Positions 35,601 through 49,042 of a stretch of DNA of 64,000 nt are shown here, piece by piece; within the stretch, counting starts at the first letter, position 1, and every line of letters starts with the position of its first letter. The position numbers and the translations under genes were made by a program. This DNA comes from Bugula neritina (Eukaryota; Animalia; Bryozoa). The notes beneath the pieces were generated by a model that did not search any database, had not been told where the DNA came from, and saw nothing but the letters and a program-made list of their open reading frames with translations. The stretch is taken from NCBI GenBank assembly GCA_964035545.1, contig OZ037766.1, positions 4,764,722 through 4,828,721 on the forward strand. The letters are read 5' to 3'.

Positions 35601-38600
35601 CAAGACACCTTATAGGTCTATTGTCCAGACAAAGCTGATGTGGGGTGACTGTAATAACATGCAATATGCTTGTCCCCTCTTTTTCTGACACTACGCTTTA
35701 TTTACAGAAAACACTGGAAAGCTTATTGCACAGCAAAGACTTGGACGAGATGACTCCATTGCATTACTCTGCTAAAAGCGGAAAGTTAAATATCCTATTA
35801 AGACTGTTGGAACTTGGCTCTTCGCCAGCTGCTAAGAATGAGTTGGATAAAACACCGATACACATAGCTGCGGAGTGAGTCATAACATGTCATGTAAAGT
35901 TAGTCATGTGATGTGCTTTTAATTGTTCCATAAGCAGCTCCAAGTTGGGGGTGACTAAATGCAGTAGTTTGGGGTTCTCAAGTTTGGAGTTGGGGTGTAA
36001 GTTGGAATCCTCAACTCCAAACTTTAGAACCTCAAACTACTGCACTAAGCCACCCCCAACTCGGAGCTGCTTGTAGAACAATTTGATGCGCTTGTTTATC
36101 TGTAAAACACAAACTTGCAGACAATTTGTTTGTTATTTGTAGAAACGGCCATGCATTGTGTATAGAAGCATTGTTCGAGAGCAGCAAATCCGAAATTAAT
36201 GATGATGATACAGATGGGCGAACTCCGTTGTTATTCGCCTGTCTTCATGGCCACTATAATTGTGTGAAAACATTGCTCAGGTATTTAATTCTATATTTTA
36301 ATTTTGTTGGAAATGAATTCTCTTTTCCTATTTATTCTACAAGGAACCTTACAATGTAAATTAAAAAGTATATAAATGGTTAGAAAACGTTGAAAAAAAT
36401 GAATTTCAATCTATTAAAATCTCAGCACTACTTCGTAACATGCCCTCACTGGTATGTTTATTAATATTGCTTTCTCTCATATATATAGATTCGGAGCTGA
36501 CGTGAAAGCTAGAGGTAGAAATGAATGCTGCCACACACCTCTCACCTTAGCTGCTAGTAGAGGTCATCTCGAGCTCGTCGACTTATTGTTAGATAATGGA
36601 GCACCTATAGAAGCAGTTACAAAATTTAGGGTCAGTATTACATGGCTGAGTTCTGTGTGGGATATTTTGTAACATTACATAACTGGCTTCCCACCTCATG
36701 TATACTAATTACTATGCACTTCAATTAGGCTAGTGTGGTCTACTACAAGAAGAAAACTTCTAACATATTGTTTGGATAATAAACCAAAGTTTTTATTACT
36801 CAATCTGTGATTAAGAGTTGTTCCCCTTAACAGGTACATATTTTAACCTATATGTTGGATAACTACCTAAAACCCAAACGTTATTTTAGGAATTATATAT
36901 TATTATTTTGAAAATGTATTTAGTAGTATTTCTTCATTGAAAATTTTGAAAAAAAATGAGTTTGAAAACATTATCATGGTCATTTCTTTATTGAGAAGTG
37001 CTGCAGTGGCAGCTAGGTTATAAATCCCATTAATCATTCGGTGTGCTGACTATCAACGCTCTGGTTAATAAAAGCTTGATTAACGTATGTAGCTGCTAAG
37101 GGGGCACAACTCTCAAGTATAAATTTAATATCAGAGACATTGGAAAAGGGTCTTTTCTGAGCTGTAGTTTAAATTTGTTTACTCAAGTTTTGTAAGCATT
37201 CACTCATTCCATGTTAGGCCACACTTTTTATTAATACCAATATCCTGGTAAAATATTGCTAATGTAAAACATGGCTATGCAGGATACATCTCTTCATCTG
37301 GCATGCAAAGACAATTGGGTGAAAGTAGTAAACTTGCTGCTGAGTCGACAAGTTGATGTGACGGCTAGAAATGTTAGAGATGAGACTCCTTTGGATGTAG
37401 CTATCAAAAATGGGTCTACCGACAGTGCCGATGCAATTATTAAAAGCAACAGGTAATCGCTATATTGGCTATTGTGATAGAATACTAGGTGTTGTTTAGC
37501 TTGAGATTTAACTTGGTTTGGGAATTGAATTCAAGACAAAACTTTTTGTATATTACGCAAGCTAGAATCTGGAATTTATCAAAAAATATTTATTTTAAAT
37601 GGCCAAAGTTTTAAAATTATGATATATCTTAGACCAGGGCTGTCCACCAGGAAAACTGCCTTTAAAGTGTCGTATTTTTATATAAACTAAAAACATGCAG
37701 TGATAAGGGCTTCGTTGCATAATTATTAATAAGAATTTGGAATAAAGTTATTAGAATCTTACTGATACTATGCCCCCTCCCCCCTAAAGTTATAAGTTGG
37801 CTCTCAACAGGGAATATTCTCTTCCATTGGCCCTCGCTTCAAAAAGGTTGGGCATTCCTGGCTTAGACATACATGTGTATTAATTAAAATTTATATTTCC
37901 AGAATATATACTAATACCTGAAACATCTTTACACATTGCATAGCAAATACTATGCTGTTTTATCTGTAGGTGGAAAGAAGCAATGAACTGTAAGGATGCA
38001 TATGGAATCAATCCACTTCCTCACCTCATAGCCTATATGCCGTCTGTGGCAAACTCCGTATTGGATAAATGCGTCATCAGGGAAGGCAGTCCTGAAGACG
38101 AAGATTTTGCAGTTACTTACGATTTCAGTTATTTAGATCCTCATCCTAATGACAACATCTTGTGCACAAAACGCCACGGCAAAGCTTGGTTTGTCAATGT
38201 GAGTGCTATTTGTTATTGTTATACACTTATTAAGCAACATTTGTATTTCCATAATTAGGTGTATAATATAATATACAACATCTAGGTGTTTAATATAAAT
38301 CATACCATAAACCTAGCCTATTCTTCAGCCCTTTTCTTAGTAAATTATGTTTTATTTATTGTCTGTTATGGTAACATGCATAAAACAGTAGGAGCAAGGT
38401 GAAAACTTTAGTTTACTCGAACGGTTTTTCAACTTTACCCGTTAGATTTTTTTACGTCAACCAAAATACTTGAAACTTTTTAATGCACAATTAGTACTCA
38501 CATCTGATGACGTAAATTCTGAAAACTTCATAACATTAATGCATCAATGCAGTGCTCTCCATACCTGCAAAAAACTTTGAAAATTTTTGACTTCTTAACT

Positions 38601-41600
38601 CATTAACGAAACTTAATTGATTTGGTATTACCTTAATGTGTTTCTGCGGGAAATATGTGTTGGTACAGTTTTATACTTTATAAATGGTGTTATTTTCACC
38701 ACTTGATATCAATTTATGAAATTTGCATGGACAACCCACACATTGAACCAGGAGACTTTAATTCAATATAAAAATAAAAGTAATACAGTAATTGCCAATG
38801 CAGCATATGAAAACATAACTAATTAGAACTTTGGCTCAGGTTAATTCTAATTCAGACATATCTTTAATAGTATGTATGCTTGTTTGTATTTCCTTTTACT
38901 TTATATACTATAAATACAGGACATCTCGGAGCACGACTGCCATGATTTACTGACACATGAATTAACACAGGCTAGCCTATATTTAAAGTGGTAAGTTGAT
39001 TGCTTAATTATCAGTACATGGTACTAATACATAGTACCAGTATGTAGTACCAGTGTATAGTACCAGTAAATAGTATCAATACATAGTATTAATATATAGT
39101 ACCAGTATATAGTATCAGTACATAGTATTAGTATATAGTATCAGTACTTCTTGTCAATACTTAGTAACAGTACATAGTACCAATACATGGTACTAATACA
39201 TAGTACCAGTATGTAGTACCAGTGAATAGTGCCAGTATATAGTATCTGTACTTATTGTCAATACTTAGTAACAGTACATAGTACCAGTACATGGTACTAA
39301 TACATAGTACCAGTACATAGTACCAGTGTATAGTAGGCTACCAGTATATACTATCAGTACTTCTTGTCAATATATGGTATCAATATATGGTATCAATACA
39401 TTGTACTAGTATATAGTACTCGTACTTATTGTCAGTACTTTGTATTTGCATTGTTTTTAGAAAATTGGTGAGGACATAAATAAGATACTTTCACCATGTA
39501 TAGAAATGCATCTAAATTACTAGATGTTGTTTGAAAACTGACATGCTCTGATTGACTGAGCAGAAATGAAGTATTTACATGCAAGCAAGCACATGTGCCT
39601 ATAAACCTCACTGTAAACGTAATTGAACAAATGCTGAGCAAAGTATTTCTGTACTCTTATTAAATACACAAGTTTTTACATGAAGAAAAACGGATTTCGG
39701 TTTACTCACACTGCACCACTTATATGTGTAATGGCTAACAGATGCGTGTCATTCACAAAAATTTTCTAATGCTGACCGGGCTTTTTTTATGTATTTGATA
39801 CATTTACTTAGCTCAAAGGTTATAACACTTATTGTGAATTAAAAGTGTAAAAGTTGAAGTAGCTAACAATTTTTTAAAATAATGTCTACCAAGCTACCAA
39901 GTACCAAGCATATAGTTGTCTGTCATTGTTATTGTAGGAACAAATTTGGAAAAATTTCATTCTTCATAGACTTTGTGTATTACTTGTCGGTGGTGATAAT
40001 ATTGTCTTCATATATTACCATAATTCCTAACCACAGTCTGCAATACGTTGACGTATCGGGGTGTCCCATCATAGTAACAGACGAGGAGGCAAACAACCAG
40101 ACTATTTTAGATGCTCTTCAGCAGGTAGTAGCTCCTATAATTATAGTCATTCTTTTATTGCACCACAATATTTCTTTTAGCAGCAAACACTTCAGTTTTG
40201 AATGAATTTTATGAATTTATTTCTAAATAGTAAATTGAACCACATGATATAAGAAACTTAATAATAGTTATTTAATCTACAAAGATCTCAAGTTTTTTAA
40301 AGTGATGGTATCTGAGCCAGTAAAATGAAATAGATAACAGACTAAATTAATGCTGCTGTATTCAACAATACACTGTATTGTATCCTTTTGTGTATCTTTA
40401 TATGCAACAAATTTTTGTAGAACGGAACCTTAGACAGGTTTCCTCAGCCATCTTCACGAACAGTGAGGGCATTGAACATTCTCCGAATCTTCACTTTAAC
40501 TTTTTTAGCAGGAACAGCAGTTAGGTTTATCATGTCAACGGTTTATTTGGTGAGTTGCCCCCCCCCCCATCTATGCTATTACAACACACAACTAGAACTG
40601 ATAGCATTAAACAAAGCTCTTTTTCACTCACCTACTTGAATGTTTTTAGAGATGGCTGTTCTTTCAGAAGATCAACACATACTGCACAGTGGCTATGTGT
40701 CTGTGTGTAGTCATTGCTATTATACAGCTGGACATGACCACACTAATAGCTTGTACTTCTCAGAAGAGAGCCACCTGGATGGGAATCCTAATCAGCTGGT
40801 TTCTGCTTATTGGTTTCCTTATCAGGTAAACATTACATGTGCTCATTCCTTTTATACAGTGGCAAATGGTACTTTACTTTCTACTAATACAGTACCACTT
40901 TATACCAATACAGTAATACTTTATACCCTGTGGCCTGTACAGTAATACTTTATACCTTGTACAGTAATACTTTACACCAATACAGTAATACCTTATACTA
41001 GAACAGGAATACATTATTATTATTATTATACTTTACAGAATGCCTGTCATTGGCCTATACTTATCTATGTTTATCAAGGTCTGCAACAGCGTCATCAAAG
41101 TAAGTGTATTTTATTCATATTTTTCGAAGAATATGGCAATTATTGCTAGACTCAAGAGACAAATATAAATTCAGAAAGTATAATTCCTGTAGAGTGAGCA
41201 ACTTCCTTTATAGATCTCCTAACAACTTGAACAATAAATTCTGATTAGTCTATACTCTATAAGATTGCTATAAGTGTTTTTGGAATTCAAACCAAAAACC
41301 TAGCATATACTAGGCCAGCGGTCTAACCACTAGACCACAAATAAAATTCAATAAAATGTAATTATCTATGATAAATTGAAACACAAGTCATTGTTAGTTT
41401 AATTTTTTAGGCAATGCTGGTACTGGTGATCATATTCATAGGTTACGCTTATTATTTCTTCATCACTTTGGGTTATCTGGTAAGTTGTCCTTATATTCAC
41501 TTATTATATATCAACATGTATAATGTGTGTATTTATCTTTATTAATCACTTTAGATTACCTAATAATTACTATAGATGAATTTTAAATAACATGAAACTT

Positions 41601-44600
41601 TCATAATTATGAGAGTTCGATTAAAACTGATGCATGAGTGTTTTATACGTAGCCCAGTCCAAGTTCTGTGGTATACTGTAGTCGTAAAATCAAGGAAAGA
41701 AATAGATACATGGCAATATGAGCTCTATATAAATAATTATTCTTACCAATTTTTCCCAGTTATTTTTAATATTAAGGAGCTATTGACAACTTTGTTAAAA
41801 ATCCTTTGTAATAGTATTACTGATGTCATCAAAACAGAATTATGTTGTCTGTTCTCATTTCTGGTTTTGTCATTTCCTTACAGCCCGAGTTCTCAAATCC
41901 CTTCCTCAGTTTTTTGTCCGTGTTTAACATGGCTCTGGGAGAGACAGCTTTTGTTGAGAACTTCATCATCAACAACAAAGGGCCGCTGTATTATGACAAT
42001 CTCTTCTTGATTCTTACATTCATGGTGGGCATCTCCATAGCTCTGGTCAACCTGCTAATTGGTATTGCTGTCGGTGATATCGATGCCATAAGAAGCGCAT
42101 CTAATATAACATTGATTAAACTACAGGTAAGAATTAATCAATATCTTGTAATAAAAGCTACTATATATTTTAGCTCTTTAAATTATGTGTGTGTTGAAAT
42201 GGGCCTAAGAATAAATTTAATACATTTATTATAAAAAGTTATTAAACTTGCTCGAACTTCAGCAAGCCAGTCTGTAAAAAATTCTGCCCCATTGGGATTC
42301 AAACCTCAGACTTCAACTTGCAAGCTAGCATGTTAACTAGTACATTATGGGGGCTGCTGGGCAATCTCTATGCCACATTCTACCCAGTTCTTCAGAAATC
42401 CACAGCTCCCCCCCCCCACCACTACTCCATTAGTTCTGGGGCTTTCCTAACCCCTTAACTCCCTAGGAGTACTACTCAATACAAATTGCAATAATAATTA
42501 TTACAATGTATGGTATATACCAGCTTTTAGTGTTTTCAAAATATAAAAATGTTATATTGTTGGCTTGTCTGCTATTGTCAATTTAGCTTTTAGCTGAGAT
42601 AGCTTTTATATAGCATGTGTTCTTTAGATCAAAACTGTAGATGAATATGGGAGGTTTGCTATGAAATGGTTGCAGTTGAAATGGTATGAAGATTCCATCA
42701 CAGTCTATCCTAACAGACCATCTCAGACTTGCCTCACCAAGGTTAGCTCTAAATACCCTTACCATGTATATTTGATAAGTAATAGTGATATCACAGTGTA
42801 GTACTTTACTTCTCGAAAAAGTGTTGACTCAAGAAAAGCCTGCACGCTTCATGAAATCAATCCTTGGTTATTTTTAATGGACCAATGTACCAATCCATTG
42901 TAAGTTCATATTATAGACAACTAAGCTTGTTTGTGAATTGTCCAGCATCTTTGCACATGTTATGAGAAGTGTTATAAGCTATTAAAACTAAAAGTTACCA
43001 TATTGAAAGTTTCTTTCTTCTTATAAAGTTGTGACTAATTTTCAGTAAGTAATCAAAAGCTATAGACTGCAAATATTTATGTTGAACTACACTAATTTAT
43101 CTGACAAAACCAGAGAGATTATAGATACATTAAATGAGAAATTTGAAAAAACCTGTGTTCCGGATGAGGAATATTACAGAAAAAATTGTGTTTTTCCAGG
43201 TTTCTAACCTAGTCCCCTAACCAAAATTCATGAACAAAATTAAATAGCTGAGGCTATTGAAGTTCTCCATTAATTGTACCTAAATGCTTCACTATTACTG
43301 CTCCAGCCATGTTACTATAAGTTACTATGATGTATGGGTCCAGATTTTTATATGCAGCGTCTCTAGTGTCATTTGTGCATAATTGTTGGTTTGTTTTAAC
43401 TTGTAGATTGTTTGTCTGGTATGAATACTTTGCTTTCTTTATCACATAAGATTTTTGTGCTCAATTAAACTTTGACTGTCTTGTTGTTTTTAAGTTCTCT
43501 ACATCTAGCTAGCTAAGGGAATAATGTTTTTAGAGGCTTCCTATATTTTTTACCCAAATTTAGACATGTATCAGCCTGGATTTGTTGTACCCATTTCATA
43601 AGTCAATATCTTTGCTTCACCTTTGCAACCATGTTTACCATTCTGCTATATTAACCAATGATATTGATCGGTGGCTTTCTAGGTAGCTATTAGTTGTACC
43701 CTTGCGGCATGATTCACCTGTAAATATAAACTAAGTTCCATGCATAGATTTTAAGTATTTTTCAGTTCTATTGTAGTCTTGCCAGTCTTTAACTATTACT
43801 GAAAGGCAATGACAAATGTGATGCATTTTAAAATTCTCCATACTGTTGTGAGTTACCTGATATTTCGAGTTTGATTTATTTATTGCACCTACCAGCTCTA
43901 AAAGTTTTTTGCTAAATTATATTAAAGTTATTGAGTAGGGCCAGAAATATGCATATATTATATTTTTGAATATAGAAATATAGAACATGTATGTGTTTAG
44001 GCAGTGAATTGGGTTGTCAAAGTGACAAACCGTTCTGTGTACCAAAGAGCTACAGGCTGGGAGTACCAGAGCAGATTGCAACCAGTGGTAGACACTGTTG
44101 AAGTCCTCTCAGCTCAACTAGAGCAAACCCAGAAAAGGTAATCTGCTAGCATATCACATACATCAAGTACAATAATTGTTTTGCAGTATCCACCAAAATA
44201 ATTTGTTTAGGTCAAGATCCTTTCTTTTAAATGACATTTATATTTGTCAATCTGTATTTGTTCAAGTAATAAGCAAAAGTAAAATACCTATTTTTTTCAT
44301 TTTCATTCGTTTTTGTCCCTGGGCTCATTGTATTTTTATAAAAGAGTTTCCTTTTCTGAATGTTTGTTCCTCCAGCAATGTTACTTATCGTTTAGCAATG
44401 ACCTTCAAGTTAGAGTTCATTTATCTCTCTTAATTTCCTATATAACACACTTTTGCTCGAGCTGAGATGCAGCCTAGACTCGCATTATGCTTTAAGCACT
44501 TTAGAGTTTATTAGTTTTGTTGTTGAAAGTTTAAGGGAAATGCAAGCAATATTGGACCACCACAACGAGCTGCTGCAAGCAATTGCTGGAAAAGTTGGAG

Positions 44601-44638
44601 CAGAACTGGATAAGAGAGGAAAATTTGTTGACGCTTAG
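26617..44638 (+). CDS. TRPA1: TRPA1-like ankyrin-repeat cation channel (about 24 exons)
   Basis: Many ankyrin exons (SPLHIA, AALHLA, TPLHAA, TALHFA, TPLHCA, TPLHYS, TPLTLA); linker LIAYMP..VLDKC..YDFSYL and LLTH..LYLKW; TM exons; pore and S6 segment FSNPFLSFLSVFNMALGE..VNLLIGIAVGDID; C-terminal coiled coil ending at TAG 44638. The start at 26617 is preceded by an in-frame stop. Exact orthology within TRPA is uncertain. Confidence 0.88.
26722..27040 (+). repeat. About 40-46-bp degenerate minisatellite at the start of TRPA1 intron 1
   Basis: Repeated unit gtaag(aa)gtgtctattctatatctcttagtaagatgttata(tta)ta, about 7 copies. Confidence 0.85.
31648..31852 (+). repeat. 52-bp tandem repeat (4 copies) spanning a TRPA1 3' splice site
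   Basis: Unit atgatgacacatcacctgttgtag|ctagtcagtaccctgcattacttgatac, with the AG ending at 31670, 31722, 31774 and 31826. Confidence 0.93.
33636..34059. mobile_element. Foldback/MITE-like element with about 200-bp imperfect inverted arms
   Basis: cattttacttaatttagtacacactggata... pairs with ...tatccagcgtgtactaaattaagtaaaatg. A central perfect stem tgcggaccgttac/gtaacggtccgca lies at about 33831-33866. Confidence 0.8.
35921..36083. repeat. Intronic foldback with about 75-bp arms
   Basis: aattgttccataagcagctccaagttggggg... versus the reverse complement of ...cccccaactcggagctgcttgtagaacaatt, with about 9 mismatches. Confidence 0.85.
37635..37860. mobile_element. Degenerate hAT-type MITE
   Basis: Termini CAGGG..., ...AAAAAGGTTGGGCATTCCTG; near-identical 8-bp flanks TCTTAGAC and GCTTAGAC. 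Confidence 0.55.
39011..39436 (+). repeat. About 13-bp minisatellite (tagtaccagtaya) just after a TRPA1 splice donor
   Basis: About 30 degenerate copies visible, with higher-order repetition. Confidence 0.88.
41282..41338 (-). mobile_element. SINE head fragment of the same family as 17315-17523
   Basis: The minus strand reads GTGGTCTAGTGGTTAGACCGCTGGCCTAGTA...GGTTTGAATTCC (A and B boxes). Confidence 0.6.
42286..42355 (-). mobile_element. Degenerate tRNA-like (SINE head) sequence
   Basis: The minus strand reads GCCCCC...GAGGTTTGAATCCC..GGGGC, giving acceptor-stem-like ends and a B-box, but the D-arm is decayed. Confidence 0.4.
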
Positions 44639-46559
44639 CTTCCTACCATACTGCTGCTTTTTACGTACTACTTTAATTATTGTAAATTAGACCATCTGCT
44701 GTGTAGCTGGGAGTTACCTGTTTCTCTTCGTCTGCATTTGTTAGGACTGCAAAGATAGGAGTTTTCTAAATTGTAAGAATTATATATATTTGTAAAATGA
44801 TATTAAAAATCCTTTAAGAAAGTTAAGTTTTAGACAATTTGTAACTAATGTAATTTATGTGTTTAGTGCCATATGTACATAGTTAAAGTTTGTTGCATGC
44901 ACATATATAATATTATATAATATTATAATTTGTTATGCATCTTGTACCAAAATCTGTACATTCCATTTGTCATTTGTAAATTTAAATCTTTTCTGTTTTC
45001 TGATAATTTTGTAAACTTAGAAAAATGAAAATTTTTAAGCACATAAAGTACTCTCACAAGTCACATATACAATATGTGCATGTCTTGGTATAAGAAGAAG
45101 TTTAGGCTAAAATGGAAAGTGTTTTTATATTAATAGCATTGACTTTACCTAGCAAATTATTATGTACCTTATACAGTTTTTATCATTATAAATTCTATTT
45201 TTATGTTCATGATTTAAACATATAGTTTATATATAGATTCTATAACTATAATAATTCAATGCTGCTGATCTATAGTCTTCATATTATTGTTTGTAAACTA
45301 TTTGGATTAAACTCTTGATGAAGCTCACTCGTGCAGTGGGACATCTTTTACTCTGAACAGTAACACACTGCCATTACATAATAAGAAAGCATTTTATTTG
45401 TTTTTGCACTCTTTTACTTCATCTGTCCAGTCATTTACATTTTTATTATTATTCTTACACTTTTGTCGCAATAAATTTAGAATGCCTTTTGCTTAGACAT
45501 ATATTTTACAATATATAAACAGTTATATTAAAGTAATGCCTTATTGTTTTTCATAGCAAAATTTTCGGTGATGAAGTAATTAGCTCTCTAAAGTGAAGAT
45601 CGCAACCTTATTTAGTTATGTTATTGCCATATTTCATTAACAGAGCAACAAAATTACAGTGTGCAAAGAGTTGTAAAAATGAGCAATTATTGACATGTAA
45701 ATAATGCACATGTATAATTAATAAAATGCACTAGTCAATACAATATATGAACTCCCCTCCCCTCAAGGTTGGTTATAGCACTCAATCTTACTAACATTGA
45801 ATGAATGCCTGCAGAGTGTTCATTTGTAATCACTGTTGACTAAGATAAATTAATGCTTTGCAAACTGATGAGATCTTTAGACCCCAACATAACTCATCTG
45901 GGACTAATAAGTCATATAAATAAAGTGTGAGATGTCCAGATGCTATTGTAATACAAATGCTTGGTCAACATTGACTTTTTTCAACTGATTTATTAAAATA
46001 ACAAAACAATTTAGTCAATAAAGTTTTCTATTTAAAAGGGTTGAAAAAGGAATGAAAAGGCACAAAATATTATAAATAAATTTTTACTATCACTTTCCAT
46101 TGCGAGTATAAAAATAGCTTGTAGCTGAAAATACGAACAAAATCTGAGAAATTTTGGCACAACAAAGTTTAATGACGTACTATAATCTCCTTCATCCCTA
46201 AATGTCACATTGATAGTACATAAAACATTACACAATTAAAAGATAGCTAAAACTTGGTTTTCAACTGCTATATCATTTGTTGGTACCTTCACTTCATATG
46301 ATGTTTCTTGTTAAGAATATTTTCAAATTATCTATGCGATAGTTATTATGGAAGTTATTACCATATGTGGCTTACAAAACTTTGAGCAATATAACATCTA
46401 GTAACCTTTAACCTTTACAGCATTTAGATACATGGAAGGAAAAGTGAGCAGAATGAATGACAAATTATCTTTAACCTAAACTGATAGCTTGTATACTCCA
46501 CTGTTCATCATTGAGCAACTACATTAAAAGGTAATAAAATAACTTTTTAGAAGCAACCT

Positions 46560-47700
46560 TTAAGCAATGGTGTAGGATTTCATGAGTTCAAATGAAGGGT
46601 ATTGGGGTATTTGGTTTCTTGTGTAAAATGTGTCTCTGATCAGCGCAGTTCTGCCAAAATCAGGCTTTTTAATTTCATCTTTCTTTATTACATCACCTAT
46701 TTTCCATCCATACTCCCAAGAGCTCAATAGTGGAAACTGATACTTTCTTTCAGGGATTACTTTGTGTCGTATCTATAATACATTTTTAATTACAAATAAT
46801 TTAAAAAGTGATAACATTACTTAATATCTGTACCTTTTTATGAATTTATGCATCTTCAAGTGAAAAAAAACAAAATTTTGAAATTTGGTTTCAAAATTGA
46901 AGATAAAGTTTTAGAGAAAATTTGTTTTGACTGCTAATAAAACCGAGAATTACCTTGAGGTATTGGTATCTACCCTTTTCCTCCTTAGTTACTCCATCAT
47001 AGAGTAAAGGCCTTGTTCGACTATCTACAGGCATCATATCCGCAACTATCAGACCACTCTTACTGGCAAACCTGTCGGCTGCTTCTTTGTCAATTTTATC
47101 ATTTACATATTTCAATGACTTTCTTGCAAATCGCTTGTCATCAACTTTGGGCAGTCCTTTGACCAAGTCTAAATTTGGCTTGATGGCATTCATTTCTATC
47201 TTTTTTCGAAAAACCTAAAAACCAATTTAAACTTGCAAAATGACATTGTTTAATTAAACCAACATGTAAAACAAGTGGTAATTAAAGGGTTTATATTACC
47301 AGCTAGTAGGTCTTGTTATTGGTAATTGACAACAAACATATTTTTACCAATATAAAATTATAACTATATTCAAAAATATAATTTTTACAGTATGCACAAA
47401 AGTGCTGGTTAAATTAATTTTAATTTATTATTAATATTAATATTATCTTGCTCAAACGTTTTTACTAGGTCAACGCTTTGATAGCATAAGAACTGATCTA
47501 CTTGAATTTGATTTAAAAAAATTTTGTTGATGCACATTAGTTAAAATTAATAATATCAGCAATTATACCTCCATTTGCTTTGACTGAGAATCTCCTGATT
47601 TTCTTTTCGAATGCCATGACAGTCGCGTGGTTTCCTCCTTATCAATAGATTCAGTCCAGAATGCCTGAGCTTGCGTGCTGATAAGATTTACAGGTGCCAT
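46560..47700 (-). CDS. SPMIP1: Ciliary/sperm microtubule inner protein SPMIP1 (ATP6V1FNB)-like, 3 exons
   Basis: MAPVNLISTQAQAFWTESIDKEETTRLSW / MMPVDSRTRPLLYDGVTKEEKGRYQYLK / IRHKVIPERKYQFPLLSSWEYGW..FGRTALIRDTFYTRN..*, matching the family motif as recalled. An X-box lies upstream. Confidence 0.8.
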
Positions 47701-47845
47701 GATTTAAATGAGGAAGCTCTGTAAAAAGTCAATTAACATTTAATTAGCTACAAAATTAACTAATGACTTTCCATTAACATTAATTTATCTAAATAATATT
47801 CAGGTACAGGTACTCTGAAGTTGAAACTGTGAAGCTACAGTGTTT

Positions 47846-47858
47846 GTTACTTAGCAAC
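47846..47858. promoter_or_regulatory. RFX X-box
   Basis: GTTACTTAGCAAC about 150 bp upstream of the ATG of a ciliary gene, with adjacent CCAAT and ATGCGCA motifs. Confidence 0.6.
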
Positions 47859-49042
47859 ACCCCAATTTGTACATGCGCAATCAGCAAAACTTAAAAATAC
47901 GAAATGCGTTTTCTATTGGTTAAATAAAATTATGTTGTTCAATAGAATGCTCTTTTTGAAATATTACAAAAGTAGCGATTACCGTAATCCCTATTTTTAT
48001 GCCATTTGAGCGATTGGTAATCACTAAATCTAATTATCATTATGACTCTCATTGAATTATTATAATCAATATCATTTTGATTTTAATTAAATAAATTTAT
48101 TTTTGATATTTATAATTACATTTTTGAAACTTTGTTAATAATTATTCAATATTAAGTTCATGTCGGCGTACGACGTACGCGTTGTTTACCAAATAAAAAT
48201 ATACTCCTACTGATTATTATTTTAATAACAATATAGTATAGTTTATAATAAGTATATACTATTTTTTTTAAATCTTATTGACTTATTGTTGTTTTCTGTC
48301 TTACACTTACAGTTGCAGTGAATAAGTTTTAGTCACAGTAGTTGTAGACTGTAGAGTAGTACTACTAGTATTAGTGGTAATCAGTATTGTAACACTAACA
48401 GTGACAGTGTAAAAGTAATTGTAAATCATTTACTAAATGTTGTAACTTATAGCCTATAGGACTTAGCTCTTCTTGTAGACCTAAGTCTAGCTCTAGTAAC
48501 TAGTGCTAATAGTGATTTTGCTTCTTGGCTTCTTAGTTTTTTACGGCTGGATAAGGATTACATTAATTTTAAGATTCTTTTAAATTAATGCCTAAAAATC
48601 ACTATTAACATAATCATTATCATCACGATTTTGCTGTAATCATAATGATATTGAATACTGTTATTTTACAGTTATTTAGTTATCAGTTGCAGATAAAACT
48701 TGCTTCAAAATAAATATTTTTAACTACTGAAAAGATATTACATGCATATTGCCACAATCTTCTAGACTAAAAATCATCAATAAAGTAGTTTGTTGCATGT
48801 AATTAACATTTAATTATATTAAAAACTCTGTCTGTGCAAGTACAAAGTGTGTGTGTTTTTACACATTTGTAATCATCCACAATGTGTTTTTAACAAAACG
48901 ATAAACAAAGAATTGCAGTGGCTCTAAAGTTCTCACATTGTTAGTCTGTTAGTGTTCCATTACTGTACTGTGCTATGATATTGCAATGTTGGAATATTGT
49001 AGTGTATTACTAAACTTTTAACAGGAATGCAGTGTCTTTACA

